From: the human T2T-CHM13v2.0 reference genome, Homo sapiens
NCBI RefSeq assembly: GCF_009914755.1
Contig: NC_060936.1
Reading direction: 5' to 3' (one strand)
DNA: 64,000 nt
The notes under the pieces were generated by a model. The model was not told the origin of the DNA. It made no database searches and saw nothing but the letters and a program-made list of their open reading frames with translations. A program made the translations under genes and the position numbers. This document shows, in pieces, positions 1 through 17,841 of this stretch; the first letter of the stretch is position 1; every line of letters begins with the position of its first letter.

Positions 1-953
1 ATTATAAAATGAAACATAGATTATTCAGGAACCCACACAAGGTACATGTGTTATTTAATGGATTCTTATAAGAAATACATCCTCAAAACCATCACCCATA
101 GCAAGAACTAGACTCTGCCAGCCACCCCAGAGGAGCCTTCCACGTGCCTACCACGACTTCCTTGCCCGCCCTCTGTAACAGCCACTATCCTGACCTTTAC
201 AATGATTGCTTTCTTGTGTTTCTTTATGGTTTTATTTCTCAGATGTACATCCCTAGACATTAAAATTTTCTTTCGCATGTCAAGAATTAATGTGTCACTT
301 AAAGTCTCTCTTAATCTACAGGTACCCACCCTCTCCCTCTCTTTTCTTTACAATTTCTCTGTTGATAAGCTCAGGCCATCTGTCAAGCTCAGAAACTGCA
401 CACTCAGGGTGCAGCTCAGCCTGTTCTTCCATCTTCTGTACATTCTCTAAGTTGGCTATTGGATCCAAAGGCTTGATCAGGTTACATGCCTTGGAAAGAC
501 TACAGGTGGTGGCCTATTCTCTGATTAGAAGGCAGATTAATAATGTTTGGTCATTTCTCATGAATGTCATAGTGACTCAATGTCTATATCTATTAATTCC
601 TGGAGTTTGCAAATGATGATATTCTAATTCTATTATTAAAACATTCTGTTAGTTGGGATAACTAATAAGTAAGAGACATTTTCCTCATCTACTATTTGGT
701 TACCTAATGGTAGAGTTCATACAGGAAAGGCATGACACTTGCTTGGTATTTTAGTCAACCAGTTTTAAGATAAAAAAATGGAATCCCTATCATCTTTTGA
801 ATGCAACCAATTTTTAAAGATATTATTTAATAGCTTTTGCCTTCATATTTTATATTATCTATAGATCATTACTAATGAAAAATAATGGTGATGCTGTTAA
901 TACAGTCTACCATTTACTGAGTGCCTACTATGTGCCAAGCATTTTATTACACA

Positions 954-1378
954 CTTTTTTTTGAGACAGGGTCTTAGTCTGTCACCCAGGCTGGAGTGTA
1001 ATGGCTTGATCTTAGCTCCCTGCAACCTCTGCCTCGTGGGCTCAAGTGATCTTCCCACCTCGGTCTCCTGGGTAGCTGTGACCATAGGTGCGTGCCACCC
1101 TGCTCGGCTAATTAACTTGTTGTTGCTGTTGTTGTTGTTGTAGAAATGAGGTCTTAGCATTTTGGGAGGCCGAGCTGGGCGAATCGCTTGAGCCCAGGAG
1201 TTTTAGACGAGCCTAGGCAACATAGCGAGACACTGTCTCTAAATAATAAAGAATAAAAGAAGAAATGGGGTCTCACTATATTGCCCAGGTTGGTCTTGAA
1301 CTCCTGGGCTCAAGCAATCCTTCTGCCTCGGCTGCCCAAAGTGCTGGGATTATAGGTGTGAGCCATTGTGCCCAGCCC
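954..1378 (-). mobile_element. AluJ-type, interrupted by an oppositely oriented monomer
   Basis: Poly(T) start, right arm, (TTG)n linker; left arm resumes at 1261. Confidence 0.85.
1156..1262 (+). mobile_element. 5'-truncated FLAM/Alu left monomer inserted in the AluJ
   Basis: AGCATTTTGGGAGGCCGAG...A-rich tail. TSD-like AGAAATG(A/G)GGTCT(T/C)A at 1142-1156 and 1261-1275. Confidence 0.8.
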
Positions 1379-2146
1379 TTCAGACACTTTTATACATTAT
1401 CACAGTTCCAAATGCTAGAAGTTATTTATACATTTATTATTAACACCTTTAACACTGGTTAACTCCATCTGTCTACCATCTAAAACATAATTTCATTTAA
1501 ATTTATTTCTAATTATAGTTCAGTAACGATAAACACCGTCCAACTTAGTTAGGTGATGTTAAGTCATCTGTAATTAAAGTAAATCAGAACACATTTATTT
1601 TACTTGCTGCTTGCCCACAGATTCACTGCTCCCCTTTTGCAAGTGTGTTGTGCCTGCTTCTAACCTTTTTAATATGTAAAATGAATCCATCCCCTAAAAA
1701 TTAAAAATCATAGAGAAATTCAGTACAGCTTAAAGTGATTTATTTAGCTTTGAATCTGGTAAAAAGGAGGAGAAATAGGTCATGAAACTGAAAGAACAGG
1801 GAATGGAAGGATTCACTTCGGAGGGACCCTAATGAGAACTCAATGTTGAAAGGTAACAGTTGAGGTGAGGAAGTTATGGCAATATGGGAAACAAACCAAC
1901 TACAACTAAATTTGACATGAAGGGAAGAGGGCAATGGCCTTTAAGGAAAAGAGATGTCTGATAAATATAGAGAAAGTCACGTCTAGTACAACATTACAAA
2001 ATGAAAGTGAGTGATTTTTAATATGATTTTCATTGAGCAAATCATATGATGACTCCAAGTTCTCACATGGCTCTTTCTCACAATCTGTCAGATGCCTCCA
2101 AAGGCCCTGAGGTGATAACTACAGGATAAAAATATTCACTTAAATT

Positions 2147-2320
2147 AGTGGTTTTCAACACTGGCTGTAAAACAGAATCATATGTGGGTTCTTAAAAGAC
2201 TGATGCTAGGGGCTTATCCCAGACCAATGGAAATGGACTCTCTGGAGGTGAAAACCAGGTATATGTACATTTTTTAGCTGCTCTAATGATTATAATGTAC
2301 AGTCAGGGTTGAGAACCAGT
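2147..2320. mobile_element. MER5-type hAT-Charlie relic
   Basis: Ends AGTGGTTTTCAAC...GGGTTGAGAACCA form inverted termini around a typical MER5 interior. Confidence 0.7.
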
Positions 2321-2886
2321 TGGGTGATTTCTATGCAAAAGCTATTTCTATTTGAAATATTTTTCTGGACAAGCAATTGACATCTCTGTAGTTCATATTT
2401 TACCATCTTTTTATATAACTTGCTACTGTCCACTCTGACAAATATTAGTATTTAGTATTCTCATTCTACACATCAAAGAGGAAGAAGAGAAGACTTATTC
2501 AAAGGGAACAATGAATCAACAGAGTTGGAAGAGAAACCTTTGGTGTATGCATTTCAACATACCACTTCCCTTAAATTATGTCTGTACCTTGTAACCAAGA
2601 ATTTTGGTATATTATTTAAGATGCATTGTATTTTTCTTTGCAAAGGTAAACTGGCCTCAAAAAAGTGGATAATATTCTAACATGGGAATGCAAAACCATC
2701 ATGCCTGGAAGATCACTGCATCAAGGTAAGAGGCTTTGGGATAAGAGAAGTTAAATACTGGACAGTGAGAACATTTTCAAAGTAAAAAACTATAAACATT
2801 AGCAATATTTCATACTAACCAGAAATGGTTACTCCCAATACATTTTTCTTATGGCTCTAAATATTTTCTTACAAATGGCTTAAGCT

Positions 2887-2921
2887 GTGTGAGTGTGTGT
2901 GTGTGTGCACGTGTGCACACA
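2887..2921. repeat. (GT)n / alternating purine-pyrimidine tract
   Basis: tgtgtgagtgtgtgtgtgtgtgcacgtgtgcacaca. Confidence 0.9.
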
Positions 2922-3079
2922 AATGCATAGGCTCTGAGCTTATCTCTACAAGATCTTGTTTAGGGCATTGCCACCTTGAGTTTGCTTTGCTAGTATAGAG
3001 AAATCTCCCCTGCTCTGCTAGTTCTGCAACTTGCTGTATCCAGAATTGTTTTGTGTATTTTACCCCCAAGTGCAACTCA

Positions 3080-3364
<285 letters not shown>

Positions 3365-3639
3365 TTAAAATGATATATATAAAAGTTTAAAATATTCCTC
3401 TTCTAAAAAGCCCAGGCTTACATTGAAGATTTATCCCCAACTATAATAAGTTATGGAAATTACTATAATTAAATAAGGAATTATTATAATTCTTATAATA
3501 AGGAAACAAAGCTAACAGTGAATAGAGACAATTTCCTTGACTTTCTTTTCAATGAAACACACTTTCCATACACTGATCTGAGGGATCTACCATTAAAAAG
3601 ATTGTTAGATGCAGTTTAATTCTTAATTTAAAAACAATA

Positions 3640-5350
3640 TTCACATCTATTAGGGTGACTATTATCAAAAAAATGAAAAATAACAAGTGTTGGTGAGAAT
3701 GTGGAGAAACTGAAACACTTGTCCATTGCTAGTAGGAATGTAAAATGGTTCAGCTGCTTTGGAAAATAGTTTGGCTGTTAGTTACCCCCAAAATTAAACA
3801 TAAAATTACCATATGATCCAGCAATTCTACTCCTACGTATACATCCAGGAGAACTCTGAAAGCAGGGACTCAACTGGATACTTGTACAGCAATGTTCATA
3901 GCAACATTATTCACAATAGCCAAAAGCTAGAAACAACGATAGATGAACGTATACACAAAATGTGGTATAAACATACAATGAAATATAATTCAGCCATAAA
4001 AAGGAATGGAATTCTGATACATGTTATAACATGGATACATCTTGAAAACATGCTAAGTAAAATGAGCCAGACACAAAAGGACAAAGACTATGTGACTGCA
4101 CTTATATGAGGTGCCTAGAATAGGTAAATTCCTAGAGACAAAAAGTACAGTAGAGGTTACCAGGGGCTGGAGGTAGGGGTAATGGGGAGTTATTGCTCAA
4201 TGAGTACAGAGTTTCTACTTGGAATGATGACAAAATTCTGGAAATAGATAGTGATGATGGTTATAAAACACTGAATACTGTGAATATACTTAATGCCAGT
4301 GAATTGTATACTTAAGAATGGTTAAAATGATAAATTTTACATTATGTATATGTTACCACAAGAGAAAAACAGAAAGTCCTCCATATGGCAATGAACAATC
4401 CAAAAATAAAATTAAGAAAATAATTCCATTTACAATGGAATAGCATAAAAAATATTTATGAAAAAAGTTAACAAAAGAAATGTAAGGCTGGGTGTGGTGG
4501 CTCAAGCCTGTAATCCCAGCACTTTGGGAGGCCAAGGTGGGCGGATCACCTGAGGCCAGGAGTTTGAGACCAGCCTGGCCAACATGGTGAAAGTCTCTAC
4601 TAAAAATACAAAAATTAGCCAGGTGTGGTGGTACACGCCTGTAATCCCAGCTACTTGGGAGGCTGAGGCAAAAGAATCACTTGAACCTGGGAGACAGACG
4701 TTGCAGTGAGCCAAGATCACGCCACTTTACTCCAGCCTGGGTGACAGACCAAGGCCATGTTTCAAAAAAAAAAAAAAAGAAATGTAAGACTTGTGTACTG
4801 GAAACTATTATACAAACCATCATTGAAAGAAATAAAAGATCTAAACAAATAAACATCCCATATCCCAAATTTATGAATCAAAAACCTTAATATTATTAAG
4901 ATGGCAATACTCCCCACATTGATATGCAGATTCAGTGCAAACCCTATCAAAATCCCATTTGTCTTTTTTGCAGAGGTTGATAAGCTGATCCTAAAACTCA
5001 TATGGAAATGCAAGAAACCCATAACAGCTAAAATAATATTGATGAAAAAAATGTGAAGGACTCATACTTCCAAATTTCCAAACTTATTGTAAAACTATAG
5101 TAATTAAGACAGTGTGGCACTGACATAAGAATAGACATATAAATCAAAGAAACAAAACTGAGAGTGCAGAAATAAACCCTTCCATTTATGGTCAGTTGAT
5201 TTTTGACAAGGTTGCCAAGACAATTTAATCTGGAAAGAATTATCTTTTTAACAAATGGCGTGAGGAAAACCCAATATCCACATTCAAAACAATGAATTTG
5301 GGTCTCTACCTCACACCATCTACAAAATTAACTCAAAATGGATCATAAAG
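3640..5350 (+). mobile_element. Old L1 (L1M-type) fragments: a 3' end, then an ORF2 fragment split by an Alu
   Basis: Degenerate L1 motifs (ATATGATCCAGCAATTC, AAGATGGCAATACTCCCC). Boundaries approximate. Confidence 0.75.
4486..4778 (+). mobile_element. AluS
   Basis: Dimeric Alu with poly(A); TSD AAAAGAAATGTAA. Confidence 0.92.
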
Positions 5351-5688
<338 letters not shown>

Positions 5689-6478
5689 CTATTAGTATCA
5701 CTTCGAGTTACTCAACTCCTTATGACAGAGAAAAGCTAAAACTGTACTGAAAACGTCCAGAAGAAAGGCTCCTAACAATCACAGATTCTGAAAGATCAAG
5801 TTAACATAAAGGATTTTTAATGCTATTCAGTCATACTTAGAAGCATCTATGGACCAACCACCTATTCATGCTCTGAGCTAAAGGAACTAGGAAGACAACA
5901 TACAGCACTTATCTACATGGGTCTGCAGCTACTGAGCTGACAGCAAGGACTAAAATGGGAGCACTGTAGAGGTGAGTATGGAAATACAAAGGATTCTCTA
6001 AGAAATCTTGACTCATGATCATAGTCTACATTCCTGATCCTAGACCTCATTCACTGGGAACAAAATATGGATGTCCATGCTCCACAACCATCCTCACCCC
6101 CAAACAAATAGTTCCTGCTCAAAGAACAGGCTTTAAAAAACAAACCAACAAACAAACAAAAAACATTGCTTCTGCTCTGCCTGCAATGGCTTTCTCTGCC
6201 ATCCTAGCATGACTGCATCCTTCTTGACCTCCAAATTTCAGCTTAACTGTCCCATCTTCAGAAATGCAGTCCCTGCCCTGACTACCCTACTGAAGCTGGA
6301 CCTTTCATTCTCCAGCATGGCATCCTGATGCTTTCCTCTGTAACTGACCAGAATTTGTATTTATGTATTTGCTGCTTGTCTATTGTCTGTCTCCCTCACT
6401 AGACTACTATGTTTACTCTTCTCATCACTGTATCCCTTGGATCATTTCTAGTACTTAGCAGAAGCTTGAATATTTTAG

Positions 6479-6794
<316 letters not shown>

Positions 6795-9374
6795 TGTATG
6801 CAGATTTTATTATTGCTCTCACAGGTGGAAACCAAATTATCTATAACCAAGACAGTTTTTTTGAAAAAATATGGATCACAACATATCTAAGTATGTACAT
6901 ACATGGCCACAAATATTATTAATCATATTGTAATAACAGCTTCAGACCTTCTTGGAAAAAGGCCCCAATCATTCATTGAACTCTGGAGGTTTGCAGTCAA
7001 GGTCGTTAGTATAGAAAGGACAATAGGAAAATTGGCAAAGATGATTTAAGACCATAGACAATCTAAGCAATAAAAGAGCTCCAATAGGTTTTCTTGTTTG
7101 GCACAAGCAAAAAATATATTATTATCATATGACATATGGAAATGAAAGAAAAAAGGGAAAAGCATATGTGCAGAGAGAAAAAAGGGTGCCAGCTCTCCAT
7201 CCTACAACATTAGCCAACTGACATCTCTCTTTGTCTCTCAAAGGTATTGAAACCTAGGTATTAGCAGATAGCTTTCTACCAACTAACCCTGTCTTTACAT
7301 CCTGTTTGTACAGGAGAAAAGTGAGATGCACAGCATGGGGGAGGTTCAATACATTCCATTCATAAGTATTTTTTAAAAAGGTACAAAGGGAAAAACATGG
7401 TGTTTAAGATTCCTGGCTGATAGAAGTCCAGCAAGTGAGTCTGTAGTACCTGCTTCTCTCAGCACATTGAGATACTCTCCTATTTCAAAGGTGCTAATAT
7501 TCAGTTCTGAGTAAATACTTACTGAGCATCTATCTATACATACTATCATACAATGATAAATGTACGTATGGTATGATGCCCGCTCTCAAGGATTCCCTGT
7601 TGCGATGAGAGAATTCAGACCAGGCAGGGCCCAAATCCCCCACAATGCCTGGCTCATCTCTGGCACTGCTGAATGAGCAGGAAATAAACAAGCAGACAGA
7701 ACATAAGCAAACACATGATTGCAAGACTGCAGAAAAAACAAATGCTTTGGTAGTTCATAAAAAGAAGAAATTATATCATGTTCTCATTTCCCACCTCTTA
7801 CTTCTATTGCTAACATTGTGTGATACAGTGAAGCAATAGTAATACAATCATTGATTGATCCTACAAATAAGGACCTCCTATGGTAGGCATTAGAGCTATA
7901 GCAAAGAACAAGTCAGACATGGTATCTTCCTTCATGGAGCTTACAATACTCTGGGGAAGTACTTTATCAAAAAGGATGGCAGGGCAATCACTATTCTTAA
8001 GTTCTTCTTTGGATAACCCCATGGTTGCCATCTTGAAGATGGGAAATGCAGCCTCACCAAGGGCAAAGAATGAATCTAAGGGCTGAGAAATCCTTATCTA
8101 TATAGGTCAAAAGGACTCACTTTTCACCTGAACAAATGAAATGGAGTAAAAGATACAGATCTGACTGATGCAAAGAACTACGAAAGTCCTGAGAACTGAA
8201 TATAAAACATATCACATCCTGGGGACAAATGACTCTTAAAAGGTTCTTTAAATACCATGGTTAATTCTAATGCATACATCTTCATTTGTCACTTATTTTT
8301 GAGGATGAATTATTTTAATGCATCAATGAAAACTGAAAATTTTCGCATTGCCAAACACATTTTTATTAGAAAATTAACCATTCAACAACATAACCATGGT
8401 CCACACATCTAAACTATTATTATTTACATAATTAACAAAGGAATATTCAAGATACTGTGGTGCTCAACTACGTGCGAAAGTTCATACATTATATCTACTC
8501 CCCTTCCTCCTTTCCTCTTCTCTCCTTCTACCACCACCCTTTCCACCACCCACCCTCTGGGCTGGCGAGTCAGAATTAATCACTAGTGCCATTTCACTCC
8601 CACAAGACTTCGTGCCATCAGTAGAGGATTTCTCACTCCTTATTATATTTGTGTTTACATATCCGTATTCCCCATTAGATTATGAACCCCTCATGTGGGG
8701 TCAGTAACTTTATCATCTCAGGTGCTTGGCATAGCACATGAGACACAGACAAAGCTCCACATTGGTTGAACTGAATTTAATGGACTGTCCTGCATCAGCT
8801 GAGCCAATCACAAAAAATTAAATATTAGCAATTTGATAGTATTTGAAGAGAAATATTACCCCCCAAAGTTAAACTAATGCCATTTTCTATTAAAAATTAC
8901 AATCTTAAATGCCTTCTCAGAGGTACAGTGAGGAAGCAATGTAAGCATATATTATCTAACTTCAAATCACTGGTAGATTTTTATCCCCTAAAGGCATACT
9001 TGATAGCTTCTGGCTGAATAACAGATGGATTTTTCTAACAAATGTGAGTGCAAAAGTAGGCATTTCACATGTAAAGATAATCAGTGACTTGAACTTTAGA
9101 TATACATTCAATCAGTTGGTTAAAATAAGTTAGTTTTGGTTTACAACTAACATTTCTACTCTTGGTTTAATTCTGTAAGTAGAGAAGAAAACAGATAAAA
9201 GGCAGAAAATATCTAAGCCAAAGTGTTTCCCATTATTGAAGGTTCTAAAATAGACTTGGGAAGGTCATTTGTCAGAGATATTGTTAAAGATATACAAACA
9301 TCAAATCAGGAAATTCAATTGAATGCCTTTTAAAGCCCTTTTTATTCCTGATGTTCTGAGATTTTTAAATCACT

Positions 9375-9416
9375 ACACACACACACACACACACACACGC
9401 ACATGCACACACACAC
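9375..9416. repeat. (CA)n microsatellite
   Basis: Read directly; interrupted near the 3' end. Confidence 0.92.
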
Positions 9417-9677
9417 GTATGTATAAAACGTCTGCCTGAAATAGACTAGAATAACAACAAAAAAAGCCTTTTGCCTTGGACAAAAATAAAAGCAAATATT
9501 TTTCAAAGAAAGACTATATCATTTATTTTCAATGATAAAATTTAGAGTAGGGATTGGAAACTTCAATAATCTCTACATAAGATCTAAGATAATGAATATA
9601 TGCCAATTGTTCAAGCAAAATTATTTTATTTAGCACCTATGTGCCAGGCAAAATTCCAGGTGCCAGAGATACAGGAC

Positions 9678-10468
<791 letters not shown>

Positions 10469-13094
10469 AGGAGTGAATAAAGAGGCCCTGCTATCATGGT
10501 TATACTCTAGTGGGTGAAGGAGAAAAGTAAATATGTAGATATGTGATGTAATGCTAGGTGACAAGGGTTAGGAAGAAAAATAAAGCTAAGCAATGTGCTG
10601 TGTTATGATGTAGCTATGCTGATGCAAATTTTATGGAGAAGTGGTAAAGAATAAATTTTGGACGTGTTATGTTTGAGAGGCCTATCAGACTTTCAAGGGG
10701 AACAGTCATTAATACAATTGGAAATATATGATTCTAGATTTCTGTGGAGAAGCTGGGTCTAGAAATATAAATTTGGGAGTTACTGGCACGTAGATCTTTT
10801 TATCCATGGGTCTATGATCACTAGGAAGGAGCCAAACAAGAGAAGAGTTGCAGAGACTTTAGAAGGCAGGAGCAGGAAAGGTGACTGGTGGCCCTTGAGG
10901 TTGAAGACTACTGGCCCAGAAGTCAAGTGAGGAAAGAGCTTCCAGGAGGAAACAGTGATCACCAGGATCAAGTGCCACACACAGGTGGACCGAGATGAGT
11001 CCTTCGGACCCTGACATGAATGGAAGAGTGGGGATGAATGCTTGATTGGATAGCACTCAGAAGAATGCAAAGTGAAGAAATAAAGACAGTGAATCTAAGC
11101 AACAATTTTTTTTAGAAGACTTTTGCTATAAATGGGAGAAGAGCAATGAGACAGGAGCTGGAAAGGGATGAGGGGCCAAATGAGGTTTTCATTTATAAAG
11201 ATGAGAAATATATCACAAATGTGTGCTGATAGAAAGAGCAAGCATAAAGAGAGCACTGATGACACAGGAGAGTGAGGGGATAACTACTCGATAAATGGGC
11301 TGGATAGACAGTGGCTGAGTGCCCATGGAGCTTTGTGTAAATAAATTTATGGTGAGACGAGCCAAGATGGCTGTCTAGTCAAATCCAGCCCCTTGGGTGT
11401 AGGTGTGAAGGAGCCAGAGAAACAGATTTAACCCAGGTTGGCATTTTTCTAGGTGAGGATAACAGAGGGAGAAAGGGACAAGACCATGGATGTAATGATG
11501 GACCACAGAATGTAAGTTGGGTAAAGGAGGCCCAGACACAGGGAGCAGGCAGTGTAAAGCAGGAGGCTTGCTGGATGGACGCCTTTCTGGGGCTGACGAA
11601 TTACCAAAATGGGAGGACTAGAAGAGTGTTGGCCAAAGAGTGGGAGGCTTTACACTAAGTTTGCCATCAGCACAAAGGACTCGGATAGTCACAGAGTTCA
11701 TCTGAGAATCTTGACAAAGAGGATGGCTGCCTTTCAGAAGTGACTCAGAGTTTTGCTCTAAATTTGGTTCGTTTCTTAAGATCAAAAGCCAATGTTGACT
11801 AAGGAGTGGATGGATCCATTAGGGAAACAGAAAAAGGAACTGCAGACTCACCCAGATGGGGCTGTCACAGGACCACAACAAAGAATTCATTTTCAATTCT
11901 TAACATTCTTGAAAACATAGGCTGTTGATCCTGAAGGAAAAAATGACAATTTTCTGTCTTCTGAACAGTGGATTATGTATCCTTGTAGGAACATACTCAT
12001 CTGATCAAGTCTGATTGACTTAAAAGTATGACTAGGATATAATCAAAAAATGTCATGTGAAATTTTGTCCTCCAAACTAAATTTGCTGAATTAAGACTTG
12101 TTTGTCCCTCAGGAGAAAACATACATCTTTTTCTCAAAGAAAGAACCTTCAGCTTTGGGGATAAGATTTTATAGAGGACTTTGCTTTTTCTTCTTGAGAG
12201 CAAATTGGAAATTGCATTTTTATCAGAAGACTTGAAAAATATACCATGTAGCTATCAACTGAAATATCCAAATGATTAATTCAGTCACCTCGGAAAAGAC
12301 AGCTGAGGCTACAAGTCTACTGTCTGTCTTTGTCTTTAATCTTTATTATAATCTCTAGAGAAACCTATTAATTTTGAAGCCATTAATGGGTAGTATACAG
12401 CTAGGACAAATGGAATCTGTATAAAAATTTCCTTCTATGTTTCACTTCTTATATGATTAAGAAAACACAAACCATTAATTCCTCAAAGGAGGATCTACTT
12501 CCTAATGCTGTATGCTGATCTAAAAGTGCACTGCACCAGATGGATCTTAATTAATGATACTCCAAATGAACATAACACCAACTTTCTGCATAAAATTTCC
12601 TGCAAACTCAAAAGGGAAAACAAGTAGCCATTACTTCTTTTGTGAACTGTGCCATTACACTTTGAAGGGCATTCAGAGTAAGGGATCCATCCTCATTATC
12701 TGTTCCATAACAAATTCAACAAGAATCTTTTATACAACATGCTAAGTGAATAAGGCAAAGATCTATAGTTATCTTTCACACTGTTCAACAAACCCCAAAG
12801 AAAAAAATAAGATATTTTCAGATGTAGTTTTAAAAGGGATAAAAGATTTTCATTTTCAGGCAGCTGAGTGAAAAATGTATTTAATATTTTTTTTAAAAAA
12901 ACTTAGCAGACAAAGATCTATCATCTATTTTAAAAATCTAGTTCCATTGTTTTACTGGATGAAAAATGATTTCCTAACAATAATATAGGAAGCCAATCTA
13001 ACATCAAACAATTAGATCTATGAAATTAATAAAAAATATTTAACCCTATGATAAAGATTATATAACTGGATACAGTTGAAAAACTGTGGCATAA

Positions 13095-13417
<323 letters not shown>

Positions 13418-13842
13418 CACAATAGCATTCTTAAATTGCTTATGAGTAGAGTATCAAATCCTTCATCATAAATAACAAAAAATAAGATTCTATGATAACA
13501 TGATGCAGTTTAAATATTTTTCCTCCATATATTTTCACGTGTAAAATCATGTAGGTGTTTTCCTCCTTTCTTATTTTGCTGGTGGAAGAAACTCAGAAAG
13601 CAAAGATAATAAAAACAATGGCTATGTTTACATAGAAAGATTTTTTTTCCTATAATTACCATGGGGAAAAATGGCCCACCAAAAATAACATTCAAATTTA
13701 ACCATAAAATTCAAAAATACTTTTCATAGATGCCATGAGTCAAAGAGAATATGAGCTAGATTCTTTTACTTTATAATCAGAATGATGAAGAATTATGATA
13801 ATATATCTTTTCTCAAACACGCATATGCATGTGTGTGTATGA

Positions 13843-14188
<346 letters not shown>

Positions 14189-14370
14189 GCAGGAAGTTTT
14201 TAAAGAGGAAGTCATGATACCACTAAAGCATGTCACTACATTATGACATACTTTATACGAAACAAAACCCGTTATGTTTCATAGCCATTAAACATGATGG
14301 GCTTTATCCATTTAAAATTTCAGTCTCAGAATTTACCAAATAACCAGCATGATTCAAATAAGCATTCTTT

Positions 14371-14704
<334 letters not shown>

Positions 14705-15648
14705 TTAATGATGCCTCTTGATAAATGAGGTGCAATTAATGTAGATCATCTCTTTATCATAATCATTATCGCATACTATGGAGCAGCAGTTTACGGGTCA
14801 CCCTGTGGGACCAAGTGTCTGAATCAATCAAGTCAAGATTCTCAAATCCAGATTTCTGTACTGGATGCTCCACACCCAACTCCTGTCTCTTCCTGTCCTA
14901 ATAAACAGTGCCATTATCCAGCCAGCAGCCAAAAATTTGAGAGATATTCTTGACTCTTCCCTCTTCTCCCATGTACAATCAGTAAACAGAACTTATTGAC
15001 TCTCTTCAATACCTCATGAGCCAGTCTCCTCTCTTCATCCCCTATGCTACAGCACTCGATCAGACAGTTGTCACCTCATGTCTGGATTACTATTACAATA
15101 GCCTCCTAATCCTCCATGCCTCTAGTTTTATCTCCCTCCAACCCCTCCTTTTTCACATCTCCAGAGTAACTGTTCTAAAATCCAAATTTGCTTTTGTCAC
15201 TCTCCTGGCTGAAAATCCTTCACTGGTCCCCCCAATTCTTAGGGTGAATCCAAATACCTCCAAAAACCTTCAAAACACATTCGAGATCATTCACAATCCA
15301 TCCTCATCTTTTCTTGTTCCTCAAACTCATGCAATGCTGAGGCAAACCTGAAATGTCCGGTTTCCTGAATTCACTCCCCTCTCAGGGCTTCTTGACTTGT
15401 ACTTTCTGAGCTGTCCTCGTTCCTCTTATTATCAGGCAAATTTTTAAAGAATCAGCTCAAGTATCACTCACTTTTGGGAAGCTGTATCTGTAACTTTTCT
15501 GTCTTCCACTCAAATTCTCCGGGTACATATTTGACCCCCCCACCCCCACCATATAGTTTCTTTATTTAAACACTCCACTAATTACCCCCATAGCAATTTA
15601 GGCCCATATCATTATTATTGAACTTGCTCTTTCATTTGTACATTCTCA

Positions 15649-16050
<402 letters not shown>

Positions 16051-16112
16051 TCACTTTTCTACTCCCTTCATACTGGTTCGCATCTGTATTACTCCATTAA
16101 AAAAGCTCTTCA

Positions 16113-16429
<317 letters not shown>

Positions 16430-17358
16430 TCAAAAGGTTAGCAATAATCTCCACCAAATTATCAAACATTTTTCAAACTTTCTCTGGACTTTTGGCAATG
16501 CTGACTCCATCGTCCTCTTGAAACTATCCTTCCTTGGCTGCCATGACACCATACTCTTTGGCTTCCTTGTTACCTACTAGTCTTTCTCTGCCTTATTTGC
16601 AGGCTTATCATCTTTCATCAGATCATTTTATTAAAATTCCTCAGGGAATAGTCCCAAACCCTCTTCTAATTCTATACTTTCTACTCAGGCAGTTGTATCT
16701 ATGGTTGCTGCTTCAGTTACCACATACATGCAGAATACTCACTTATTCTTCTTTCCACTCTAGACCTTTCCTTTAAGCTACAGATATGTGTACACAACTG
16801 CATGTCTGATAGGTACTCCTGGAGGTTTCAAAGGAACGTCAAACTCGGTATGTCCAAACCGGAACTTGAAATCGCAAATTTGTCCCCTTAGGAAATACCC
16901 TACTTCAATGAATGGCACATCATTGTATAAGCTAAAAACCCAGGGATTATCTTTGCTAACCCACTTCTTACCCCTGCTTACATATCTCTCAAACGAATTC
17001 CATTCTCTTGACTTCCACTAAGATGATCCTAATCCCAGCTACCTTCAGTTTTTGTCTGGACTACTGACTTTTTCTTTTAACTGGTTTCCATGTGTCTCTT
17101 CAACTGGCAGGAAGCTTGTTTTCAAGCTACAAATGGCAAAATCATGAAAACGCCTGCATGCCTGATTCCTATGATCCTCTCTAAGCTTGGCTCACATAAC
17201 ACCTTGCCCCACTCCATCTCTGGGTCCCAGACTTTTTTTTACAGGTCCTAAAGTAACACAAGCTCCCCCACAGACACAGCCTTTGTATATATTCGTCCTC
17301 TGCCTAGAACATTCCAGTTCTCCCAACCTTTCACTTCAACTCCTACTGATGCTTCAGA

Positions 17359-17525
17359 TCAGCACTTCTCAAACTTTAATGCACACACAAATCACCTGGG
17401 GATCTTATTAAAATGCAGGGTCTGATTTGGTAGGTCTGGGGTGGGACCTGTGAATCTGGATTTCTACTAAACTCTTAGGTGATGCTCAAGCACACTGTCC
17501 ATGAATCATATTTTGAGTAGCAAAG
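17359..17525. mobile_element. MER5-type hAT relic
   Basis: CTTCTCAAACTTTAATG..AATCACCTGGGGATCTTATTAAAATGCAG. Confidence 0.7.
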
Positions 17526-17841
17526 TTTTATTTTATTTTGTTTTATTTATTTATTTTTTGAGACAGAGTCTCACTCTATTGCCCAGGCTGGAGTGAAGTG
17601 GCATGATCTTGGCTCACTGCAACTCTGCCTCCTGGGTTCAAGTGATTCTCCTGCCTCAGCCTCCTGAGTAGCTGGGATTACATGCATGTACAACCATGCC
17701 TGGCTAATTTTTTTGTATTTTTAGTAGAGATGGGGTTTTGCCATTTGGCCAGGCTGGTCTTGAACTCCTGACCTCAGGTGATTCACCTGCCTCAGCCTCG
17801 CAAAGTGCTGGGATTACAGGCATGAGCCACTGTGCCCGGCC
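17526..17841 (-). mobile_element. AluS
   Basis: TSD ttgagtagcaa(a/g)gtttta. Confidence 0.92.
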
